Translations under genes and position numbers: made by a program
The notes under the pieces: generated by a model
Databases searched by the model: none
What the model was told of the DNA's origin: nothing
Seen by the model: the letters and a program-made list of their open reading frames with translations, nothing else
In this document: positions 26,816 through 41,400 of the stretch, in pieces
How the letters are laid out: every line of letters begins with the position of its first letter
Position numbering within the stretch: position 1 is the stretch's first letter
Origin: the human T2T-CHM13v2.0 reference genome, Homo sapiens
Length of the DNA stretch: 64,000 bases
Assembly: GCF_009914755.1 (NCBI RefSeq)
Contig: NC_060935.1
Direction: 5' to 3' (one strand)

Positions 26816-27104
26816 TCAGATGTGTTTTTTATTTCTATTTGAAGTGTGCAAATTGGAAGAAGCAAGACCACGTGACTGAAGTTGAGAGTCCTGGTGATTA
26901 AGAAGCTTTATAATGAGGGAAAGTAGCTGATGAATAAAAATCACATCCTTACAATCAGTCAGAAGTGGTAAAAATCCCCAGTTCAGGAGCTTATGAGCTG
27001 GGACCTTTGGAGGTTCTCTGTCCTCATATGTAAAATATGAATAATAATATCCACCTTTTAAAAATCTTGGTAAGATTTAAAAATTAGCAACTGATAACAC
27101 TGTA

Positions 27105-27497
27105 CCTGGTAGGTAATGCTAGCTGCTATAACAGATAAACCCCCAGATCTCATCGTTTCACACAATGGAAGAAAATTTCTTACTCAATTGAAGTTCCAAA
27201 AGGGTGTTTCTGGTAAGCAGCATTCCATAAGGTTATTCAAGGCCCCAGTCTTCTTCTAGTTTATAAATGTGTCCTCTTAGAGACCAGTGTTAGGAAAACA
27301 ACATGGAAGATCATACATGGGAGGGTTTATGGGTCAGGCCTGGAAGTGACACGTATTATTTCAGCTCACAATTCCATTGGCTAGAATTCATCACATGGCC
27401 ACACTCACTTGTAAGGGAAGCTGGGAAAGGTAGTCTAGCCATGTGCCCAGGGAGAAGAGGAAATGAGTTTAATGATCACAAAGCAATCTCTGCCACA
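27105..27497 (-). mobile_element. MLT1 (MaLR) solo LTR, J/K/L-like
   Basis: gctgctataaca...ccattggctagaa...cacatggcc...aagggaagctgggaaaggtagtct...ctctgccaca. Confidence 0.75.
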
Positions 27498-29199
27498 TTA
27501 TTAAATTATCAATCATCATCACACATCTATTTCATGTATACTAAAAAAGCAACTAGAATCCCAAGCCCTGGCTTGTCTTTTTAGAGGATAACTGATCCTA
27601 AAAGTGGAAATCAGCACTTAGTTATAAGGATGTCAGCTTCCCGTGTTCTCTTACCCGAGGAGGGCATGCATAGGGCAGTTATAGATGCACTGTGCTTATT
27701 CGGCTCTTTACTCTGCAAGGGAGTCTCTGTCTTCCAGTCAGCCTCTGGGTTTGGTTGGGGGAAACCTTTGTTGTGCAAGACTGATGGAAGTTTGAATAAA
27801 AGACATAAAGAATTAAGGGCCTCTGGGCAACCAGTCTACCGTTGAGACAGCAGGGTGGTTGATGCCGTAAGAGAAGAGATGAAGGAGGAAGCTCAATTTG
27901 AGCTAATAAATCTGGAGGGATTATCCAGCAACTAATGAACCCAGAGAGATATGCAGTCACTGCCTAACAGAAAAGATAAGATCACCCTAATCTATTATCA
28001 GAGAGCATAGGTGGGCCCTGTGCCTATGGCAGGAGCTGCCATCTCAGCAGAGAGAAGTGTTGAGATTTAAGGGTAAAGGTCAAAAGTCAGGGACTGCCAA
28101 TGAAAGATGGGAAATAATTGGGCACTGGAAGCAGGAGGCTGTGTGGTCTGCTGACCACTGAGCTGCTACGGCATTGCAGGTGGTGTGACTAGCTGGACTC
28201 CAGCGCCACCATTTCATTGCCATGCCCCAGGCAGGGCCAGAGCTCCCTGCTCTCGGCACCGCCGCTGTGCTGGAGGGTAGAATGCTATTTGTGGGGTGTC
28301 AACAGAGGCAGTGGGCACCCAGAGTTTTTCTTTTGGGGAATCTAGAGAGAAGGGACTGAGAGCTGGGTATGCCATGTTAGAAGACAGGGAGAAGGAGTAC
28401 ATCAGCAGGAGGCCTCATTATTATAGAGGGCAAGGCCCTGGACTAGCAGTGAAGCAGCTATGGCTTCAAGTTCCAGTCCTGCTACTAACTAGCTGGGTGT
28501 ATGGCAATATCAATAGTTGATATTTACGTGAGTAAGTGCTAATAAGTGCTTCACAGTTTTTTCCCATTTAAACCTCACGACAACTCTAGCAGGAGACACA
28601 GTTTTATCCCTGTTTTAGAGATGAGCAAGTTGAGACCCTCTTCACTCTACCGCCTGTATCTGGGTGAGCTATTTTACCTTGCTGGGCTTCGGTTTTTTAT
28701 CTGAAAAATTGTGAGGTTGTATTAGGTGATCTCTAAGGGCCTTTTCAGCCTTGGACCTGTTTCATCCTATATGTGGTTTGGGGCATTTCAGTTCACAATG
28801 CCTTGGAATTGGGGATGTTCCCTGGAGTGAGGGGAGAATGCCCCATCAGGTTGGGGAGTTCGTGTGACTCGTGGAAGCAGTTTCTGTTCACCCGACAGGT
28901 CCTCAGATTCCCAAACTATAGTCAGGTCCAAGTGAGCCCTGCAGAAATAACCCCTCCATGCCCCAGTCTCTATCTTGTTTTGGCAGAATGGATATATGCA
29001 GCCAATTTTCCTCCCCTGGGTTCGTTTTATTGTCAGTAGACCTGAGCCTATGTTTATTTTTCCAAAGGTTTATCAGAGAGATTAGCCATAAGTAATTTGA
29101 AATTGCTAAAATTATTACAGAAAGGGGACCCAGGGCAGACAGAGAGGGAAAAAATAATTGATTCCAGGAGGAAATGAGAATGCACACAGCCCCACTCTT

Positions 29200-29500
29200 T
29201 CACTCCTTGCTTTGGTGAGTTGACGCTACTCATCTTTCAGGACTTACTTAAATGTCACTTCCCCAAGGAAGTCTCCCCTGACACCCCGCAAGGTTGAGTC
29301 TGCTGCCACACACTCTCCCAGCACCCTGTGTTCTTGTTTTTGTAGCATTCATCTCAAGTGGGAATCCATTTTTCTACGCTAACCTTTCCACCAGACTTTG
29401 AGCTTCATAAAAGCAAGATCAAATCAGTCTTGTTCATCACCATAGATCCAGTGGCCTCCTACATAGTAGGCACTCAATAAATATTGTATGAGTGAAGGGA
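29200..29500 (+). mobile_element. L2 3' end
   Basis: aaatgtcacttcccc...cttgttcatc...acatagtaggcactcaataaatatt...gagtgaa. Confidence 0.75.
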
Positions 29501-30636
29501 GCATTCCATAACATCTGGAGTTCTTGGGGTAGAAGGGCTGGCCAAGTAAGATAAGTCATCTCTTTAGATCCCACAGGAATTCAGTTCATCCCAACTAAGC
29601 CTCAGACACAAAGGAACCTATCTGCGTTTCAGCTGGGGAGAGCTGGGCCCTATTCCCTGTTCCGCAGGACCCCCGGTACTTGCTTAGCCTACATGACAAC
29701 TACTCCATCTGGAATACCCTTCCTCCCATTCTGAGCTGGACAGATTTGAAGTCAACGTTGTGCAGGACCATGTAGGGTGGTTTAGTTCAGGATCCAAGAG
29801 ACACAATTTCAGGGGTTCTGCTGAGTGAGAGTGATGTCAAAACCTGAGGCCCAGGGTTGGCACCAAGAATGATCACTGAGGCAGGGGAGGGCAGAAGAGT
29901 GCAAGGACAGTCAGGCTGATTGTGACAAGTGGTCTCTCTGTCACCTGGGACTGTTTCCTTCACTGGCCACACCATGCCTGCCTTGGTCAGCCTTGATCAT
30001 GTGGTGTCTTCAGGCCAACACCTGGCAGCTGACTCATAGAGCCAGAACCCAAGGGTCTTTAGAAGAAACCTCTCCTTCAGGTTATAAAGGCCATTATGAA
30101 GTGATCTAGTCCTGTCCTCTGTCCCAATGGCTTGGCATATGAGGTTGGGTGAGCCTGATTACTATGTTGACACTGAGAATAGAGAAAGGGTTTAATGGAA
30201 GCTGCCAGGGCCTCAGATCAGAGAGAACTTGAGTTCCTATCTGGGCCCTGCCGTACATTAGATGTACATGCGGCAAGTTACTTAACCTGTTGGCCTATCA
30301 GTTTTCCCTCTTGTAAAATGGAGATAATCATGCTTATCTCATAACATTATTTTGTGAAGACGATGGGAAGTTTCTAATCCTGAGGGTTGTTAGTAAATAT
30401 TATTTCCCTTCCCTCTCTTTTTTCTCACTTACCTGTCAAGTATTTCCATCCTTAGACCTCAGTTTCCTGATTTACTGCCTCTAGCTTTCCAAAACTCTAC
30501 AGCTGTTATCAGAAACATTTCAGTTGGCCTCTCACCTAGTTGAACTGTAATTCCCAGGATGCTTGAGCCTTTCAGTTCTTCACGGAAAATGCAACAGGCA
30601 CACATGAACATATACACACACATCCCTATGCACACT

Positions 30637-30639
<3 letters not shown>

Positions 30640-30669
<30 letters not shown>
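30640..30669 (+). repeat. (AC)15 microsatellite
   Basis: Read directly from the sequence. Confidence 0.95.
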
Positions 30670-30671
<2 letters not shown>

Positions 30672-33600
30672 CCAGAAGTTACAATCCATCAGCCAGACAA
30701 CTTTCTAGTGCCAGAGCAATTGATTCCAAAGTGTAGTTTATTGTAAAATTATTAAGAGTATCCACATATTTCAGCTTTATTGAGCCTTTTAGGAGAACCA
30801 CTCTGCATAATATAGTATACTTTGATGAATAAATATGTTTTAGTGCAACTAGAAAAAAGAGTGATGGAGTGAAAGCTCCTTGTGTGTCAGTCTGAGCTGC
30901 CAAGGTACCACCCTACCCAATGCAAACCCTGAGAGGTGGCAGGTCTGGCGGTGACAGATGTCTCCTGGGCGTGCTTGGGCACAGCAGTTTCTTACAGAGA
31001 TGCTATTGATCCAAACCTGTGTTTTCCAAAGCTGCTAACCCTCCTGTACCTATTCTCTGCACATGGTTGTTGGAAGATGGAAATATGTTCAGAAGGAGAA
31101 AAAACAGAGAGAATCACAAGGGGATTCAGGAGGCATTGACTGAAGATTTATTTTTTGCATTGTGGAAACTGTGGCTGACAGCTTGAAGTTCCTTGGCCCA
31201 AGTTATAGGATTATAAAATGATTAGCCAGCTATGATTAAGCAATTTGCATATGGAAAATGCTACCATCAACTACACTGAGTCAGCAAACATCTATTAAGT
31301 GCCTGCTGTGTGGTGGGAGAAACAAGGACTAGGAGGATGTGGTCCAGCAGGATGTGAATTGAAGAGGTCTGCGTCTATTAATGTGAGGTGTGGCAGCCCA
31401 GAGGAGAGAGCATGTAGTTCTTCTTTGGGAGTTTGGATGAGGGTTTACAGATATGGCTTCCCTTACTGAAGCATGGGTTAGAGATGGCAATTGGAGAGTG
31501 ACATGTAGGCAGTGGTAAGTTATAGTTCCTTTTGTGCCTGGAGCAGGAGAGTGTGATGGAGAGAGGTGGACCCAGAGCCAGCCAAGGAAGTCTCAGGTGA
31601 GATGATGTCCTTCTGCTATGCACGTTTGCTGGACTTTTCAGCATTGGAATTGGCGTCAGTAGGCCCAGGGTCTTGTTTTGGCTGTCCCACTGACTGTGTG
31701 ATCTTGGACAAGCCCTTTCTTCTCTGGAGACAAGCTAGAAGGTCTCCAAAGACCTTTCAACTCTGAAATTCTATTGAGTTTATGGATTGGATGAATACAT
31801 AATGAACAACCAGATGAATTCTCCTGGTGAATTTTTTCCAGATGAAATCGGCCACCCTCCTCTTCACGGTTTTCCAGTGTCCTCATCTGGCTGGCTCATC
31901 CCTGCAGTGCCCTCAGCTGTCCAGATCCCCCAGAGTGGGGGAGCACCCCTGTCTTCTGAGCTGTCTTGATCTCTCACCACCCCCTTACCCAGAAGTATCT
32001 GTCCTGTGTCCTCACCTGCTCCGTAGAGCCCTGACAAATGACAGGGCAATCTGAAAATCCAGTTCGTGCCAAGGTGCTAATGTCCATGACAACATTAAAT
32101 TCTTTTGGATTGTTGAGAGCATCTAACTAAATCTCATCCTTCTACAGTTGAGTAAACAGAACTGAAGAGGGAAAGTGACTTGGCCAGGCTCTCACAGTGA
32201 GTCAGGAGTAGAGAGAGGAGGTCTCCTCACTCACACAGTTCACACATTCCCTAGATCAGCATTAACTGAGCACTTACTGTGCTGTGTGCTGGGGATACAA
32301 TGAAGAATAAAATTCTGATTTTCCAGGAGGTCAGACTAGAGGGGAAGAAGAACACAAGCAGATTATCATAAATCAGTGGGTTCAATAAAGTGATGAAGAT
32401 ATGCACAGGGTATTAGGGGGCCATCAAAGGAAGGCCTCCAGACTAGCCTGGCAGGTTCATCAAAAGCTTCCTGGAATAGGCCAATCCAAAGGGCCTTGGA
32501 GAATCAATGGGAGTTAGTCAGGTAGAGAAGGACATTCTAAGTGGGGGATACACACAGTTAATGGCTCATGCATCCCAGACATTTGCTTTTTAGCTAAGGC
32601 CTTAACCAAGGAAGCAGATTGCATGAGAAATTGTGGAGCTTGTAAGGAAGGTATTTTGGAGGTGGGGAGAACCTTTCAGAACTTTCATATTACTCCCCAT
32701 GGACAGCCAACTTACTATCCTATGTAAGGCAGGGGAAGAGGAAAGGCATATTCCCAAGTGGACCTGAGTTAGCACCTTTAGCTTGGTGGTGGCTTGTCAC
32801 AAATGCCTGTCCCAGGCTAAATATCATAAAATCCCAGACCCAGGGATTACCACTTGGATAGCTGTCAATAGGTGTCCCTCTTCCAGGGAATGGGCCCTAC
32901 TGGCCTAAAAAGAGAATGGAAACCAGAGCTTCCCTAGGGCAGGAGCAGGGAGATTAGGCCAGTCCTAAAGATGGCATAGCCTTGGTTCGCTTCCAGTGCC
33001 AGCTAGGAATAAGTATCTGAAAGGTGAACTTTATTCTGCCAACACTGGAGTGCATCCCTGTTCCTGACCCTGGAAGCCTTCTCACCCTGAGATCCAAGTC
33101 ATGAGAAACTCCCTCCTGGAGGAGGAATGCTGCAGGGAGGATGGCTGGGCAGCCGTTGAGGGGGCAGGGGATGTAGTAGGCACAGGTACAGACTGACTCT
33201 AAGATGCTATGTGCCATTGACGAACTACATCCAGAGCTCCAGGAGACCCCAGGTGGGCAGGGCTTACCTCCTATGCTCTGTTCACCTTTCTTTTTGTCAG
33301 CATTTATAGGTGGCCGCTCTTTCCTCAGTACTTCTGACTTTCCCTCTCCTTATGCTAACAGTACCTAGCGCAGGCTCTGGTTCAGGGGGCATTTGAATCA
33401 AGCCACTGCCTTACTTGGCTGGTGGGTATGTGGCTGTTCACCCATTCCTGTTGGGCTAGGGGAAGAGGAAAAAGTGGTATCAGAGAAGGGACCCTTCCCT
33501 TGGCAAGCTCAGGTGATCAGAAGAATCACCCCAAGCTGCATGGGAACTTTCCCCAAGAGTACCCCAATATTAGGCTGTTCTATTTGGGTCCCTTCATCTG

Positions 33601-34145
33601 CTCTCCACCCACAGCAAGAGTTGGTCTCAGCTGGGACTGATGAATCAGTATATCCAGGGGGGAAATGAGGCATTATTGTCAGTTATCCTGGAAGAATAGC
33701 CAGACACTGTACCCTGGGGATGCAGGATCACTAAAAATGAAAATTAACCAATTAGGTCTTTATCCCACCCAGAGCTAGGGTAGGGGAGGAGGAGCCAGCC
33801 CCTGGGCCTTTCAGTGAGATCTGGTTATCCAAGGTGAGGCAGGAGTTGCCAGATACCCTCAATTCCTAACCGAGGGGGACAGGGGGTGTGAGAACAGAAT
33901 GGATATTGCCAGGAAGTCAATAGAAACTGAAGAAGCATTCAACAGGGGATGTTGAGACCCTGGTGGAGGTAAAGAAACTCTTCTTTGCTTCGGAGGAACC
34001 AATTATCAGACAACCCCTTTGCTGATGTTTGACAAATAGCATGACAGGGAAGATAAGTCCCACGGGGCTCCCAGAGCTGAGTTTGAGATACTTGTGTAGC
34101 ATCCATTTAATAAAAATTGAAACGCATTGCTTGTATCTGCCCCCA

Positions 34146-34172
34146 ACGCGCGCACACACACACACACACACA
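34146..34172 (+). repeat. (CG)3(CA)10 alternating purine-pyrimidine tract
   Basis: acgcgcgcacacacacacacacacaca. Confidence 0.9.
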
Positions 34173-34761
34173 TTTCTATGCCCATGTGCCTTGGTGAGTG
34201 GGTGCATCAGACTGTGCATATAAAATACATCAAACTGAAATAAGAACAAGACCCTGGAGACTACTGTGGTTCAATATCTCTGGACACATAATGGAAATGC
34301 TCCCCTTTGACTGCCCAGGCCTTCTATCTAATAGAGCTTTGGGAGAAAAGGAAGCTGCCTTGACCCTCTATCACAAAGTTGTTAAAGATTCAGAAGTTGC
34401 ATTAATTTAATGAGAGATGCCTCGGCCTTCCGTCTACTGATCCAACAATTTCCAATTATTCACAATCAAGAGAGTCTAATAATAAAAATCTACCCATTTC
34501 CCAAAGCTGGTATTCTCACAATAGGCGCTGCTGGCTCTTGAGTACCAGCAATGTACCAGATGCCATGCCCAGCACCTTCTACTCAAGATCTTTAACCCTC
34601 AAAATAACACTGCAAAGTGGGTGTTCCAATTCTACACAGTATGAAAGTGAGGCTCAGAGATGTTCAAGGGTCTTCACTCAATAAGTGGCAGATGTGAGAA
34701 TCTGCTTTTTACCTCCCAGTCTACATCTTGTACTTGTCAAACTGATCTTTTTGGCTTTTCT

Positions 34762-35358
34762 GTGCTCTATTGGTTTCTATTGTTGTGTGACAAATTACCA
34801 CAAAGTTAGCACCTTAAAACAGGAGCATTTATTAGTGCAAAGTCATATAGGTCAGAAGTCCAGCATGGCATGACTGGCTCTTTGCTCAGGCTGAAATCTA
34901 AGTGTCACCAACTACATTTTCATCTGGAGCACAAGGTCCCCCTGCAAGTTCATTCCTGTGGTTGGCAGAATCTACTTCCTTGTGGTTATAGGAATGAAAT
35001 CTGTTTTCTTGCTGGCTCTTGGCTAGGGACAGCCTAGCCTCAAGAGACCATTCTTGGGTCCTTTCCCCATGACTGCTCCATCTCATCAACAGGGAACCTC
35101 CCTGTAGTCCAGTTTCTCTCTTAGTTCATATCTCCTTGGCTTCCTCTTCTGCAAACAGCCAGTGAAAACTCTTTGCTTTTAAAGGACTCTTAGGCCAGGC
35201 TCATCTGGATAATCTCCTTCTTTGAAGGCAACTGCGTCATATAGCGTAACCTAATTGAGAGGTAAAATTCATCGTAGTCACAGTCCTGGGGAGTGTGTGT
35301 GTGTGTTTGTGTGATGTGTGTTTCTTGGGGGTCATCTTAGAATCCTGCCTACCACACA
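34762..35358 (-). mobile_element. MLT1E/D-like MaLR solo LTR
   Basis: ctattgttgtgtgacaaattaccacaaagttagc...ggtcagaagtcc...ggggtcatcttagaatcctgcctaccaca. Confidence 0.8.
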
Positions 35359-35784
35359 TGCCAACTGTGTAAATTAGTTTATTTTCTTTTCCTTTCTCCT
35401 CTACCATCTGGTGAAATGGTATACAAGGAGAGATCTGGGGCCAGGGCACCAGGAGGAGAGTGCTGGAGACACTTGAGGCAGGAAATCCATACATCCCTTG
35501 ATCATGCAAATGATAAACTCTGTGTTGTCTCTGCTGAAGCAAGGCAGAGCTCAGGGCAGGGCCCATCCCTTGCCTCCTGATGATGGCCTGTAAACCAGCC
35601 CCTGAGGGAAAACTGACAGCCAAGGCAAAGGGGGAAACCAAGGCCTCTCTCTTGAAACTGCTGTGGCTAGCAGGGAGGCTGGTGGCCCTGAGGAATTTGG
35701 GCCCTGCTGAGAAGAGTGTTTGAGATTTAATGAATGTTTGGAAAGCAGAAGGAGACTGAAAATAAAAGGCATTATGGCAAATCA

Positions 35785-35785
<1 letters not shown>

Positions 35786-35833
<48 letters not shown>
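35786..35833 (+). repeat. (ATT)16 trinucleotide microsatellite
   Basis: Read directly from the sequence; source of the poly-Tyr in ORF 35734..35961. Confidence 0.95.
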
Positions 35834-35835
<2 letters not shown>

Positions 35836-36079
35836 ATTATAAGTGCTATTGTATTACAAGCACCATTAGGAGTAGCAATTGCTGTTATTATTAAGCAATC
35901 CAGCTTCTCCATCCTCAGCATCAGGCTTCACTCCATGTCAAAGGCGTCAACAGCTCCGTAAATCACCATCTGGGGCTTCCCTCACATTCATAGCCCAGTG
36001 GCAAGCCTGATGCCTGCCCATCCCACTGAAGCCTCCAGCCATAGCTCATGTGGTAGACGCATCTCCTGTGAATTCCAAA

Positions 36080-36640
36080 GCTGGATTTTTATCTTGGCCA
36101 AGAGTTGAGATAGTCCTAAACCCATTCCTGATCATATTGCTCTCTTGCTTAAAACCCTTCAGTGGCTGTCTCCCCATTACCCTCAGGATAAAGTCTGAAC
36201 TCCTTAACATAACTCCTGTGACCTCCTATTCCCTATCACCCACTGCACCCCCCAGCCATACTGAATGACTTGCAGGTCCCTGAATCTGTTATAAGCTCTT
36301 GCTGTTCTGGGGCTCTGCACATGCTGTGGTTTCTCTGTTCGTGAAACTCCTCTTCCCACCTCTTTATCTGGCTGACTCCTGCTCAGCTTTCAGGTCTCAA
36401 CTTGCAGTCAGCTCTCAGCTCAGGAATATCAGCAGCAATTCTGGTAGAAAAGACCACCTTATACGTGCCATGCCGTGTAATTAACTACTCTTCAGGACTT
36501 ACCTTCCACCTGCTACTAAGTTTAAGCATCTTGAGGACAGGCATGGAGTGTGCTTATCATTCTATTTCTAGTGCCCAACATGTTGTGTGTTCTCAAGGAG
36601 ACACTCATGTTTTTGTTGAATGAATGAAGGAATGAGTGAG
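36080..36640 (+). mobile_element. L2 3' fragment
   Basis: cttgcttaaaacccttcagtggct...ctcaggataaagtc...tttgttgaatgaatgaa terminal repeat. Confidence 0.8.
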
Positions 36641-38199
36641 ACTAACTAAGATCTAAAAAGTGTCCAAGAGCTGAAAATCTGTTATGCATATCCCTGCCCC
36701 TCCCCCGCCCCCACTGTGGGAACCTATCTGAGAGCCTGGTGGCCTCTGGAACACAGCAGAGTCAGCAAGATGCTCAGTCCTTGTGGAGAACCCATTATTT
36801 GATCCTGCTGCCAATGTGGAGCACATAAATTAGTAAGGAGGCAGAGTCCACTGATTAACAGCATCGCTCATCTTCCTAAACAACTCCTTGTACCCCTGGT
36901 GGGATGGTGGAGCTGGGGGTGCCTGGGATCTCTACGTGCCTGAGGCTAATGTGTTGGGACCTGGGAAAGGAGAGGTTTAGCAACTGATGTATAGACAGGA
37001 GGCCTGACCAGTGAATGCTGATCAGTGCCTGAAGAAGGAAGCAAGCCTGCAGAAAAGCGGTAGCTCACTGCAGCCTAAGGGGAGAGCCCGAGGTGTCCAC
37101 TAGTTCTCATTGTCAACTTGACTTACTGAGGCTTCAGCTACACAGTTAACCACACAGTTAATAACTACTTATTTAGCACCTAGAGACCCAGAACAGTGTT
37201 GTAAATAAAAAAATGAAGACAGACCCAGCTGCTGCTGAGGAGGTAAGAGGGCTTTCCACCTGGCCTCTGCCTTCCTCTTCCTGGAAGCATATGACTGAGG
37301 TCTTTGTAAAGGCAGTTCTACCCTGATGGGTGTTTGCAGGTGAACATGAATTAATTTAATGAATGTGTATTGAGCACTTGCTAAGCGCAAGTGTAGGATA
37401 TAGTGAAGGGGATAGAGCATGAACAAGAAGGAATATGGTCTGCCTTTGAAGTCCTGTTTGTGGACTCATGTTGGGAAAGAAGAGCAGAGAAAGGACAGAG
37501 TTCCTGGGAGGAAGGGATGTGCATGTCCAGGTTATGGGGTAAATGAATAGGAAACATGCAGGGAGAAGAATCCAAAGCTGGGAGATTTAGGACCAAATCT
37601 CCTATTAAATAGAATTCATTGACAGGTGTGAATTAGCCTCCCAGCTGCTACTGTCTTCAAAGACCTACAACACAAAAAGCCATCTCCCAGCCTACACAGA
37701 GAGCACAGGCTTTGATGCAGATAAATAGACAGACGGGTACCGCAGTCAAGTGGGCTCAGGAGGGAAGGAGAGGATGTAAGGGTGCCCAGGAGATTTTGGA
37801 CTTCTGGTGGCTCCAGGGCTTTCCTGCAAAAAGGCTAAGAGAGGACTTCTGAGACAAGGGTCTGGGGCCTGGCTTCTGTGATGCATTAGATCTAGCTATG
37901 AAGAAGAGCCTTGGGCAGGTGAAAGGACCAGGCTGCCAATGGGGTGAGATGAGGCACAGCCTGACAAGTGCTGCCTTCCTAAATGTTTTTAGTCAACAGC
38001 CTTGACTTCTTTCTATATGGGGTGCACCAGAGTGAACACTGATAATGTAAGTGCATTTCTTTCAAATGGCATCTAGTCCTTGGAGAGGTAGCTTTGAACA
38101 AACTCGTGATAAAAAGCTCCAAGTGATGACAGGTATGTAGATGAGGTGTAAAGGGGGCATGATTGAGTGGCCGCTTCTTCCAGGCTTGGGAGATGCAGG

Positions 38200-38720
38200 A
38201 GGTCAAGGTGGACACTGAGGAAAAGGTAGGCAGGAATCATAGCATGAAAAGACTTGTGTGTCTAGCCAAGGGGTTTCTGTCCTGTATTCAGTAAAGGAGT
38301 ATTCGGTGAGGGGGAAGTTCATGATCAAATGTGGAGTTTAAAAAGATCTCTCCAGCAATAACATGGAGAAGGAACTTGGAGAAGTGCAAGACTAAAGGAG
38401 GAGAAACCAATGAGTCCGTAGTCTAGGACCAAGCTGGTGAGGATCTGATTTGAGTTAGAGATGATGGGGTGGAGGGCAGGGATCAGATTCAAGAGATGTA
38501 AAGGAATTATAATGTCCTCAAATGACAATAAATGAGTGCATACCTGCTTACATGAATGAATGAATGAGATGTGGACAGTGAGAGCATGGAAGGGGAGGAT
38601 GCATTCTAAATTCTAGCTTGATTGACAGGTGGATCATGTGACATTCACAAACAGGGAACCAAGGGAGGGAAGCAGATCCAAGTGGCAAGATAAGGAGTTC
38701 AAGTTAAAGAGCGATACGGT
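38200..38720 (-). mobile_element. L2 fragment(s)
   Basis: tttaaaaagatctctccagc...gaatgaatgaatga...ggagttcaagtt, reverse L2 motifs. Confidence 0.6.
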
Positions 38721-40562
38721 CTTAAGGATATCTTCCTCCTTTTCAGCTTCATAATAATATTTTAAGAAATTAGAATCGTTTAGTGTTTCAGGACTCCTGG
38801 GGTGAGAACATTTGAAGTTGTCAATCATTAACAATCACAGTGATGGAGTATGCTTTGACACCACCTCCTAGTGGCCTAGCCCAGTGCTGAGCACACAGTA
38901 GGGAAGATAGAATAATCACTGGTCTTATTTGCCAAGGACCTGGATCTTAATTCCATGTCTGTCTTAGGGGCAAGACATTTAACTCCTGGGCACCTCAGTT
39001 TGCTCTTCTACCACATGTGAAAATGAATAAAACCTGTTCTGTTCACTTCCAATTGTGGTCGGGAGCCCCAAAAGCAGTGCATGAAAGTGCCCTGTAAGCT
39101 TCATTCAGCCACATCCGTGGAAGCAGTTGATGTTATTATACTCAGTAATAAATTGATATTTCATAAATCACTTTGATGTGGGTGACATGAGGCTGCCAGC
39201 CTCCTCTCCCAGGCAGTTAGGGTCCAGGGCTGAGCATGGAGCAGAGAGGATCAGAGGCTGAGGCTTGGGTGAAAGCAGGCAAGAAATGAGGGACTGCTTG
39301 AAACCCCACTGTTAAGGGGGTTAAGGATTTTAAACACCACTGTTAGGAAGCAGAGCCAGTTCTGGAGTGAAGAGGCTGCAAATAGGGCCAGTTATAACCC
39401 AAATGGGTGCAAGCGTTAACACTTGGAGAGATTTCAGAGGTCACAGAGGTGTTGGAGTGACACCTTTTATAGGTTGCCTGTGGCCCTGCTGGGAAGGGAG
39501 CTGTTAAGGTTCTTGGACTACCTGGGGCTGAGGGCTTTATGCAGACGCCGGAGACAGCCAGCCACCTTTGTGGCGTGATCTGGTGGGCTTCAGGAAGGCC
39601 TCCGCACACTGCCTTCCTCACTACCTGCTAATGATCCCTGAAAGTGCATGAAACATGCATTCCTTGAGCTATTCTATTATTACTTCTAATAATACTAATA
39701 AGGAGTCTGTATCATACTTCCAGTCTGCACAGAGCTCTCCTATGTATTATCTTTTTTGAGTCTCACAATGGCACAGTGAAGTCTTATTTCCCCCATTTTA
39801 AAATGAGGAAACTTTTCTGATTAAAAAAGAGAAAAATAAAGAAATTAAAAGATTTTTTTTTAAAGATTGGTTTTTGGAATGTGGGCTTTCAGAGAGGAAC
39901 ATCTAGGTCAAAATACCCAAAGACAGTGTATGATTTAAAATGCGGTGACTCCAAACCCATACCCACTCTCTCCAGGACAGTTATTCTCCTAACCATTTAA
40001 TTAAGCCCAAAAGGCAACTTTTGATTTCACTGATTTTTCTAGGTGCCAGGGACACAGCAGTGAGTGAGACAGTCTATTCTACCTTCCAGGAGTTCACAGG
40101 CCAGCGGGGAAGCATTTGAGGCTCAAATAATGATGACCGTGGAGAGATTTTACTAGGGGCGGCTGAGGCTGCTGGACAGCTCTCAGCAGAAGTTGGCCAA
40201 GTTCACCAAGCTGCATTCGACTGCCTGTTTCTCTGAGCCATCTTAGCCACACAAGCCTGCAGTTATACTGCATTGACTTCTAATTCCTTCCCACCTGCTG
40301 CACCCTGGTACTTGCTGTGACTCCTTTTCTGGGTTCTTCATGCTGAACAGATGCGATGTGAGGCAAACCTCAGCTCTCTCATGTTCTCAGTGAAGTGCTC
40401 AGTTTTGCCTGGCGCACAGTTGGTGGTCAGTAAATTGTAGTAGTTATTATTAGAATTATTGCTTTCTTGTGATTATTCATGGTTGGAAGATCTGGAACTT
40501 CAACTAAAGGCTTCTCTCTCAACACAAATAGCCAGACCAAGCAATTAGCATCTTATGGTGAC

Positions 40563-40860
40563 TTTTTTTTTTTTTTTCGAGACAGAGTCTCTGTTGCCCA
40601 GGCTGGAGTGCAGTGGCACCATCTTGGCTCACTGCGACTCTGCCTCCTGGGTTCAAGCGATTATCCTGCCTCAGACTCCCAAGTAGCTGGGACTACAGGC
40701 AGATGCCACACAACCACGCCCAGCTAATTTTTGTATTTTTAGTAGAGATGGGGTTTCACCATATTGGCCAGGCTGGTCCCGGACTCCTGACTCCAGGTAA
40801 TGCCCCGGCCTTGGCCTCGCAAAATGCTGGGATTATAGGCGTGAGCCACCGCGCCCGGCC
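40563..40860 (-). mobile_element. AluS-type SINE, antisense
   Basis: Reverse Alu; TSD tatggtgactt at 40554-40564 and 40861-40871. Confidence 0.95.
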
Positions 40861-41309
40861 TATGGTGACTTATTTAGCAAAACTTTTCCCATTTGACAAG
40901 TAGCTAAGAGTCACCTCTTGCCAAACAAAGAGGAAGAGAAAGAGGAAGGCGAAGCCTCCAGGCCAGATCTTTCCTTTTGGCAGGGCCCAGCAGTTCAGGG
41001 GGACCAGGAAAAGGAAGGAGATTGGGGCAGTGCACCCACTTTGGTGACACCGGCAGCACGGAGGATGGATTGCACTTGGACAGAAGAGGACTCCCAGGCC
41101 ATGAGTACCTGTGTGCCAGGCACTTCTCATGGATTACCTGTGCAAGGTAGATGCTCTTACCCGCACTTTACAGGTGAACACATCGAAAGTTCAGAGATCC
41201 GCCTGAAATCAGCCAGCCAGTATGTGGCCAAATGAGGGTTTGAAACCAGGACTGTCTTATTTCAAAACTTGTGCTCTTTCTAATACATGCTACTGTTTCC
41301 TGATGAGAT

Positions 41310-41400
41310 TGCCACATTGCACAATGTGGCACCAAGGGGCACCATTCACATGGTCATCAGTATAAATGGCACCTGGGAATTGAACAGCATAGTGGCTAGG
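41310..41400. mobile_element. MER91-like MITE
   Basis: ggcaccattcacat...gtataaatggcacc internal pattern flanked by tgcacaa...ttgaaca. Confidence 0.55.

Noticed and set aside
35734-35961. Poly-Tyr ORF
   Set aside because: Product of the (ATT)16 microsatellite.
38861-38876. CTCF-like motif (ccactaggaggtgg on -)
   Set aside because: Two mismatches in the core; not supportable without ChIP data.
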